Positions 15,658 to 20,556 of a stretch of DNA of 20,556 nt are shown here, one piece after another. The stretch lies in the NCBI GenBank assembly GCA_022664555.1, contig GCA_022664555.1_4839.2. The stretch is one strand, 5' to 3'. The notes beneath the pieces are model-generated. The model saw nothing but the letters and a program-made list of their open reading frames with translations. It was not told the origin of the DNA and searched no databases. The first letter of the stretch is position 1; every line of letters begins with the position of its first letter. Source of the stretch: Escherichia coli (GTDB taxonomy: Bacteria; Pseudomonadota; Gammaproteobacteria; Enterobacterales; Enterobacteriaceae). A program made the translations under genes and the position numbers.

Positions 15658-16760
15658 AATTTCCTCAATTTGGCTCTGGTGACCTGAGTTTGTTTAACGC
15701 CGTTGTACTCAGTCAGTTCTTTGACACGACCACGGATGATCATATCGCCCTGCAAGAACTCTGTATCCATATAAGAGGTCTTCCAGGTAATTGTATTGCC
15801 TTCTGCTGTTTTGAAAGTAAACAGGTAGCTATCACCATATTCATTGGAGAAGAGGAAGGTGCGCTTGTCGAACCTGACTTGCACTTCCAGCATTTCACCG
15901 ACTTCACCCACCCATTTGTTCTCCGCCTTGCGGTCAGTACGAGGACGATGGATGTAATCGTAATACTTCTTGGCACCCCAGCGGACTGTGTTGTTATCCT
16001 TGATGAGGTGATAGCCGGGTTCACACATGCGTTTCAGGCGAACATTGAACTCATTAGATTCGGACAGCGCACTGATGAAGAGCTTCATATGGTACATTTC
16101 CGACTCGGCATCTTCACGGTATTCGTGTGCCTTGTTTACGAAATACTCTTCATCGGAACCTGCTTTTGGTTTCTGGTGAGACCGGACATAGCCCAGGACT
16201 TTGTCAAACAGTTCAGACTTGATATCCACGCCTGCCAACATCACCTGGAAGCATGCGCGCAGGAAACTGTGGGTGTCGACGAAGCGCTCATTTTGGACGC
16301 GATATATACCCTCTGGGTCGTCCTCGTCTGGCATGAAGAACTCTTGGATTTCCAGATAGTAAGACATAATCGCGTCAAGCGATTTCTGATGAGGTACATA
16401 ATGATGCATACAGGTGCTACCAATCAGCATCTGGGTGTGCGTTTCCTCATTTTCAATCACATACGTGTTCTTGCGACGGATGACTAGATTGCAATGCTGA
16501 CACCAAGAGACGTTCTCTGTCTCGAAGCGACGGATGAAGTCAGGATTGATGTTGTCAGACAGGCGGTTAAGAATAACTTTTGGATATTCGTGATTGAACT
16601 GACCGATGATTTTCCAGCCACCATAAGAGACGGGGCGGTCAATGCCTTCGCCTTCGAGAGTAACAGGTTTCCACCAGTGAGTAAGGATCTCACCAGTGAA
16701 GTCGCGGGTGTGGGTTTTGAAGGGTTCACCATAAGTCACAGTCGGAAACGGAACACCCAA
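15654..16760 (-). CDS. Hypothetical protein (up to 368 aa) with Cys/His cluster and OB-fold-like C-terminus; start codon uncertain
   Basis: Long ORF with no ATG in the first ~117 codons (the track start is TTG at 16760). Cluster WCQHCN...STCMHHY. C-terminal beta-rich segment VGEVGEMLEVQVRFDKRTFLF...ITWKTS. Confidence 0.55.
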   Translation of the reverse strand: MGVPFPTVTYGEPFKTHTRDFTGEILTHWWKPVTLEGEGIDRPVSYGGWKIIGQFNHEYPKVILNRLSDNINPDFIRRFETENVSWCQHCNLVIRRKNTYVIENEETHTQMLIGSTCMHHYVPHQKSLDAIMSYYLEIQEFFMPDEDDPEGIYRVQNERFVDTHSFLRACFQVMLAGVDIKSELFDKVLGYVRSHQKPKAGSDEEYFVNKAHEYREDAESEMYHMKLFISALSESNEFNVRLKRMCEPGYHLIKDNNTVRWGAKKYYDYIHRPRTDRKAENKWVGEVGEMLEVQVRFDKRTFLFSNEYGDSYLFTFKTAEGNTITWKTSYMDTEFLQGDMIIRGRVKELTEYNGVKQTQVTRAKLRKL

Positions 16761-16900
16761 CCTTTCGGCAGTGCGCTAGAGCTTCTTCAGTCTCTAAACT
16801 ACAAAAAATTCATTGTATAACGGAATATTGAAAGTTTTTAAGTTCATTTCCAGACTCATGATGTAGTTGTAACTCTTCAATACAGATTAAATATTAGGCG

Positions 16901-16928
16901 ATTATTTCTTGAAAGTAAAGTTATTGAA
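16901..16928 (-). promoter_or_regulatory. Candidate sigma70-like promoter for the 368-aa gene operon
   Basis: Minus strand: TTCAAT (16923-16928), 16-nt spacer, AATAAT (16901-16906); immediately downstream of the terminator hairpin. Confidence 0.3.
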
Positions 16929-16933
16929 GTTAA

Positions 16934-16956
16934 AAGCCCAGTACTTGACTGGGCTT
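16934..16956 (-). terminator. Rho-independent terminator after the 104-aa gene
   Basis: 9-bp stem aagcccagt / actgggctt with loop acttg. On the minus strand it is followed by TTTTAACTTC. Lies 18 nt downstream of the stop codon at 16974-16976. Confidence 0.55.
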
Positions 16957-16973
16957 CTTGGTGTTCGATTGAC

Positions 16974-17288
16974 TTATTCGCCACTGACATTCGGGTCTCG
17001 ATCGGGCTTGGCGTTCGGGAATAGAGACTCGTATAGGTCTTGATATTTCTCGCTCGTTTCGATCGTCTTATGGTAAGTTCCATTGGCGCGGTCGGATACA
17101 ACCTTGCGCAGGTCGCTGGCCTTGATGCCCGTCTCTTTCGCCAGCTCGGCCAGAGTCTCAGTAATGAAAGTCTGTTCCGACTTGATGCGGACCTGGGCGG
17201 CACGACAGTTTTCAATTGCACCTATCAGCTTGCGACGGGATTCAGGATCAGATGGTAGTACATAAAAGCCGATTTGTTCTACAGACAT
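16974..17288 (-). CDS. Hypothetical protein (104 aa)
   Basis: ATG at 17288 with AAGAGGAA upstream. Confidence 0.55.
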   Translation of the reverse strand: MSVEQIGFYVLPSDPESRRKLIGAIENCRAAQVRIKSEQTFITETLAELAKETGIKASDLRKVVSDRANGTYHKTIETSEKYQDLYESLFPNAKPDRDPNVSGE

Positions 17289-17303
17289 TTGGTGTTCCTC
17301 TTG

Positions 17304-17639
17304 TTAAGATCTCATAGCTTGTGGGATCAGATTAGTCCCGCAACGGCGTAAAAAGAAGTTTACGATTGAGTGATACTGGAACTTCGGGATGATCTCTACA
17401 CCATCTTCCGTCGTATACCATTCCACTGTGTTGGTGCGCACTGGAAGGGGAAATGACGGTAGATCCAGCTGTACGAGTTCACCCTCTTGGCATATCATAC
17501 CAATTCCATATTCCTCCCAGATTTTACGATTGTTGAAGAACTCCAGAGTCTGCTCCGGACTCAGCTCAATCGCTTGTTTGGTGTGGCACACCTGTTTGGC
17601 GGCCTGCACCAGGCCAGCCATAAAATCATTGTGTGACAT
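17304..17639 (-). CDS. Hypothetical protein (111 aa)
   Basis: ATG at 17639 with AGGAG 6 nt upstream; candidate promoter just upstream. Confidence 0.55.
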   Translation of the reverse strand: MSHNDFMAGLVQAAKQVCHTKQAIELSPEQTLEFFNNRKIWEEYGIGMICQEGELVQLDLPSFPLPVRTNTVEWYTTEDGVEIIPKFQYHSIVNFFLRRCGTNLIPQAMRS

Positions 17640-17671
17640 GATGTGCTCCTGGTTTATATTCAGATCATAGA

Positions 17672-17699
17672 ATTATACCCTATGACCCGCTTTATTGAA
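17672..17699 (-). promoter_or_regulatory. Candidate sigma70-like promoter downstream of gene 41
   Basis: Minus strand: TTCAAT (17694-17699), 16-nt spacer, TATAAT (17672-17677); about 30 nt upstream of the AGGAG/ATG of the 111-aa gene. Confidence 0.35.
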
Positions 17700-17703
17700 T
17701 TAC

Positions 17704-19128
17704 CTAGAATTTCCAATTATTGACCGTTTGGGCTTTCTGCTCATCGCTGGCAGCAGCCCCGGACTTGTTGAGGTCATGTTTGATGTGTACGTTTTCGACA
17801 TATTTGGCCTCAGCCTCAGTCAGGTCCTTCTTAACTTCGTTCCAGTCCAGGTCAAACAGGATCTGTTTGTCTTGGTCCATACCAAACAGGAATGATTTCA
17901 GCTTCTGCTTGTTGGCATAACGGTTCTTGAGTATTGAGGCTCGGGCTTTCTTGACCGCCGCCAGTTCGTCAGGAGCATAGAATGCCATGATGAAGTCGGC
18001 CACCTTCGGAATACCGATAGCATCTGCCAGATCACTGATTCCACCATCAGTGCTATTCTGATTCTCACGATTGAACTGCATACCAGTCCATACAGGGACA
18101 TCAAACTCAAATCCCAGCGCACGAAACTCACGAGCCACAGACGTGTAATAGACGTTCGTGTTCTGCATCAGGTGGGAAGGCAGGCGCGAGGAAGCAGCTT
18201 CACCAAGATAGTCAATAACGATAACATCAGGAGCACGACCGGTCGCCTGGATGTACTCAAGGATGTCACGGCGGAATAAACCTGTGTGTCCAGCGCCGGA
18301 CGGATATTCCTTGATGACGATATCGCCCTTGGGTGCGCCATCTTGGCGACTGCGGAGCTTCTCTATCGTTGCAATATACTCGTGCCTTGTGAGTTTCTCT
18401 AAAGACTCAAAGTCGCGACGCATGATACGGGCATCAAGACGGTGTCGCCAGACGTTCTCGGCCACTTCGAGGGTGAAGACAAAGACGTTCAGCCCCTGCT
18501 CCGAGTACCCTGCGGTCAGGTCAATCAGCGTTGTGGTCTTACCTGCGTTGATCGCACCTGTTACGATGTTCAGTGTCTTCTTACCAACGCCACCACGTGT
18601 CGCCTTATTGAAGATCTCAACTGCGAACGGGATCTTGGCCTCGTTGGAGTTCATGTGGTCATACTGCTCTGCCGCCATCTCCCAATAGATGTGACCGAGG
18701 TATGAATCAAATCGGATCGCCAGGGCTTCCTGCAACAGGGTCGGGATGTTGTTCATCTCGTCCTTGCGCTTCTCGTCACCGTAGATGTTGACGGCGGTCT
18801 TGATTGCGTTGTGTACAGCCTTTTGCCGCGCCCAAGCCTCGGTTTCCTTCGCCAGCCACTCTTCATTGAAGGTGTTGTCGTTGATGTTCTCTAGGGCAGA
18901 TACCGCCTGGTCAAACACATATTCGTTCAGCTTTGTCCGTTCAAGAATGATAGACAGTGCTTCGATAGACGGGCGGGCATTATACTCTGAGGCATAACTG
19001 TCAATCAGGCCAAAGATGACCTTTTCGCCTTCGTTGTCAAAATAATCGGCTTTCAGGTACGGCAGGATCTTTCTTTGATAATCTTCATTGTAAATCAACT
19101 GTGAAAGCACGACAGATTCGAGTAACAT
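17704..19128 (-). CDS. 41: Replicative DNA helicase, DnaB-like (T4 gp41-like)
   Basis: Walker A GAINAGKTTTL, Walker B-like VIVIDYLGEA, DnaB-type N-terminal domain. First ATG at 19128 (the track start at 19134 is TTG). Stop is TAG. Confidence 0.9.
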   Translation of the reverse strand: MLLESVVLSQLIYNEDYQRKILPYLKADYFDNEGEKVIFGLIDSYASEYNARPSIEALSIILERTKLNEYVFDQAVSALENINDNTFNEEWLAKETEAWARQKAVHNAIKTAVNIYGDEKRKDEMNNIPTLLQEALAIRFDSYLGHIYWEMAAEQYDHMNSNEAKIPFAVEIFNKATRGGVGKKTLNIVTGAINAGKTTTLIDLTAGYSEQGLNVFVFTLEVAENVWRHRLDARIMRRDFESLEKLTRHEYIATIEKLRSRQDGAPKGDIVIKEYPSGAGHTGLFRRDILEYIQATGRAPDVIVIDYLGEAASSRLPSHLMQNTNVYYTSVAREFRALGFEFDVPVWTGMQFNRENQNSTDGGISDLADAIGIPKVADFIMAFYAPDELAAVKKARASILKNRYANKQKLKSFLFGMDQDKQILFDLDWNEVKKDLTEAEAKYVENVHIKHDLNKSGAAASDEQKAQTVNNWKF

Positions 19129-19134
19129 TGGCAA

Positions 19135-19464
19135 CTACCCCACCAAAAATTTATTGTATTCCTGAGCATTACGCTGCATGAGGGTTACAAGGATATCCCC
19201 TGTCACCTCAGTGAACAAGTCATTTTCTTTCAAATTCACAAACATCAGACGTAATGGTTTCTTCAATATATCGGTCACAAAGGACAGGCGGGGTTCGCCG
19301 TCCACTTCGTTGATGGCAACCTTGCCGAACCGGAATTGAACGCCACGGAATTTGCCAGAAGTGATCTTGATGATCGCCAGCTGATCAGCACCAGGGTCGA
19401 TGATTGTGTAGTTATTGGGGGAGTTGCCTCCCCCTGCGTTGTCACTCGGATGTGTTGATAACAT
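19135..19464 (-). CDS. Conserved hypothetical protein between uvsX and gene 41 (position of T4 gene 40)
   Basis: First ATG at 19464 (the track start at 19515 is GTG); overlaps the uvsX 3' end by 23 nt; stop TAG abuts the gene 41 start region. Confidence 0.5.
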   Translation of the reverse strand: MLSTHPSDNAGGGNSPNNYTIIDPGADQLAIIKITSGKFRGVQFRFGKVAINEVDGEPRLSFVTDILKKPLRLMFVNLKENDLFTEVTGDILVTLMQRNAQEYNKFLVG

Positions 19465-20527
19465 GGTCCATTTGCTCCAGCATGTTCGCAGGCATAACAG
19501 TACCGTTAGAAACACCGAACATCTTCTTCACGTCATCGGCGAAGTCGACATTCTCCAGAAGCGGATACCAGAAATCATCATCCATCTGACGCTTCTGATA
19601 TTTCTTTTCCTTCTCAGGATCGAAGCCGCCCTTGGCTGTACGCACATACCAGCCGGAAGACGGCATATCAACGTAACCCAGAGCACGAGCGATCTCAAGC
19701 AGGCCGCTCCAACGGTCAATGCCGCCGTCGTACAGCACTGTCACAGGGAGTTTGGCTTTCTCTTTGACATGACGGCCTTTCATGATGCCGATGTTGAAGT
19801 TCCAGCCCAGCAGATCTTTGTCTTCCTTCACCTGAGAACGGGTGATGAACCAGATCAGGTTGGACGACAGGAAGCCCTGCTTGCCGCCTTTGATGTTAGG
19901 CTCGGCATACTGGTTGCCGATCTCATCGTAATAGGAGTTGATCCACACCAGCACGAGGTCTTTGCTGTTGATCTCAGGGGTGATCACGCGCCAGAAGCTG
20001 TTGAGGGCACGGGCGCGGGTCATATCCTGTGTATCTTTCCCAGCGATGGCATCTTCAACTTCTTTCGTAGAAGGCAGCTGGCTGATGGAGTCAATGAAGA
20101 CGATAACATGGTCGCCTTTCTTGACTTCCTGAAGGATTTGCAACAGGCGGATCTTGGTCTGCTCAACGTTGTCAATCGGCACGTACAGGACGCGATCCAT
20201 GTCAATACCCATAGACGTCCAGTAATCGGCGTTGGCACCTTTCTCAGAGTCCGCGAAGATACACAGGGCATCAGGGAACTTGTCCATGTACGCCTTGACA
20301 TCTACCAGACCGAACATCGTTTTGAAGGTACGGGAATCACCCACCATCATCTTGATACCGGAGATCAGGCCGCCGTCAATACGCCCGGACCAGGCGATGT
20401 CGATCAGGGGAATACCAGTAGAACAGATGATAGACGGTTCCAGAGCGTCTGATTGGGACAGCACTGAAGCCTGGTCGTCGTGTTTCTTGGCAACCTTCAG
20501 CATGCGGTCCATTAATGAACTGGCCAT
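19442..20527 (-). CDS. uvsX: RecA-like recombinase UvsX
   Basis: 361 aa. Walker A-like GDSRTFKT, Walker B-like HVIVFIDSIS, RecA-fold order. ATG at 20527. Confidence 0.9.
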   Translation of the reverse strand: MASSLMDRMLKVAKKHDDQASVLSQSDALEPSIICSTGIPLIDIAWSGRIDGGLISGIKMMVGDSRTFKTMFGLVDVKAYMDKFPDALCIFADSEKGANADYWTSMGIDMDRVLYVPIDNVEQTKIRLLQILQEVKKGDHVIVFIDSISQLPSTKEVEDAIAGKDTQDMTRARALNSFWRVITPEINSKDLVLVWINSYYDEIGNQYAEPNIKGGKQGFLSSNLIWFITRSQVKEDKDLLGWNFNIGIMKGRHVKEKAKLPVTVLYDGGIDRWSGLLEIARALGYVDMPSSGWYVRTAKGGFDPEKEKKYQKRQMDDDFWYPLLENVDFADDVKKMFGVSNGTVMPANMLEQMDHVINTSE

Positions 20528-20556
20528 TTCACTTCATCTTTATTGTTGATCGTCGT

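Noticed and set aside
15690-16487. 265-aa + strand ORF antisense to the 368-aa gene
   Set aside because: Embedded in the opposite-strand ORF, no RBS, and no motif content; judged spurious.
15654-16760. 368-aa protein as DNA primase (gp61-like) by position near gene 41
   Set aside because: No Toprim E...G / DxD motifs were found, and the Cys/His cluster is not at the N-terminus as in gp61-type zinc ribbons. Left as a hypothetical protein.
16974-17639. ORFs 17304..17639 and 16974..17288 share a reading frame and could be one gene interrupted by a stop
   Set aside because: A canonical RBS (AAGAGGAA) and ATG sit between them, and there is no recognisable domain continuity. They are more likely two independent small genes.
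19415-20452. 345-aa + strand ORF antisense to uvsX
   Set aside because: Entirely overlaps the strongly supported uvsX gene (Walker A/B present on the minus strand); shadow ORF.

Overview
This window reads as a densely packed segment of a T4-like myovirus genome, with no rRNA, tRNA or CRISPR array detected. All calls rest on motifs read by eye from the sequence and ORF track plus remembered family features; no database search was run.

Layout:
- 1-5351 (+ strand): an accessory/early-type block. It holds a macro-domain protein, an AT-rich small HTH ORF, a DEDDh 3'-5' exonuclease (DexA-like), a calcineurin-type metallophosphoesterase, several small hypothetical and membrane proteins, and a dCMP deaminase (cd).
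- 5348-6699 (- strand): a PD-(D/E)xK-like nuclease candidate and a free-standing GIY-YIG (Seg-like) homing endonuclease.
- 6750-11627 (+ strand): a baseplate hub/tail module with a tail-tube-fold protein, a small hub protein, a gp27-like hub protein and a gp29-like tape measure.
- 11628-20527 (- strand): a replication/recombination block with a gp59-like helicase loader, small HTH and membrane proteins, ATP-dependent DNA ligase, a 368-aa unknown protein, gp41 helicase and UvsX recombinase.

Most notable observations:
- Two DNA-metabolism genes are each interrupted by a single in-frame stop codon. The cd gene has TAG exactly where the catalytic Glu of the H-A-E motif is expected. The gp59-like gene has TAA at its apparent domain boundary.
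- A 15-bp perfect hairpin buries the ligase Shine-Dalgarno sequence.
- A roughly 115-nt structured non-coding region lies at 14981-15100.
- A TTATTGAA-containing motif recurs next to candidate promoters and terminator hairpins.
- The left-hand block contains a candidate anti-defence set (macro domain, phosphoesterase, exonuclease).

Coordinates include the stop codon. Several first codons in the ORF track are GTG/TTG rather than ATG, so I re-chose starts where an ATG with a ribosome-binding site was visible.
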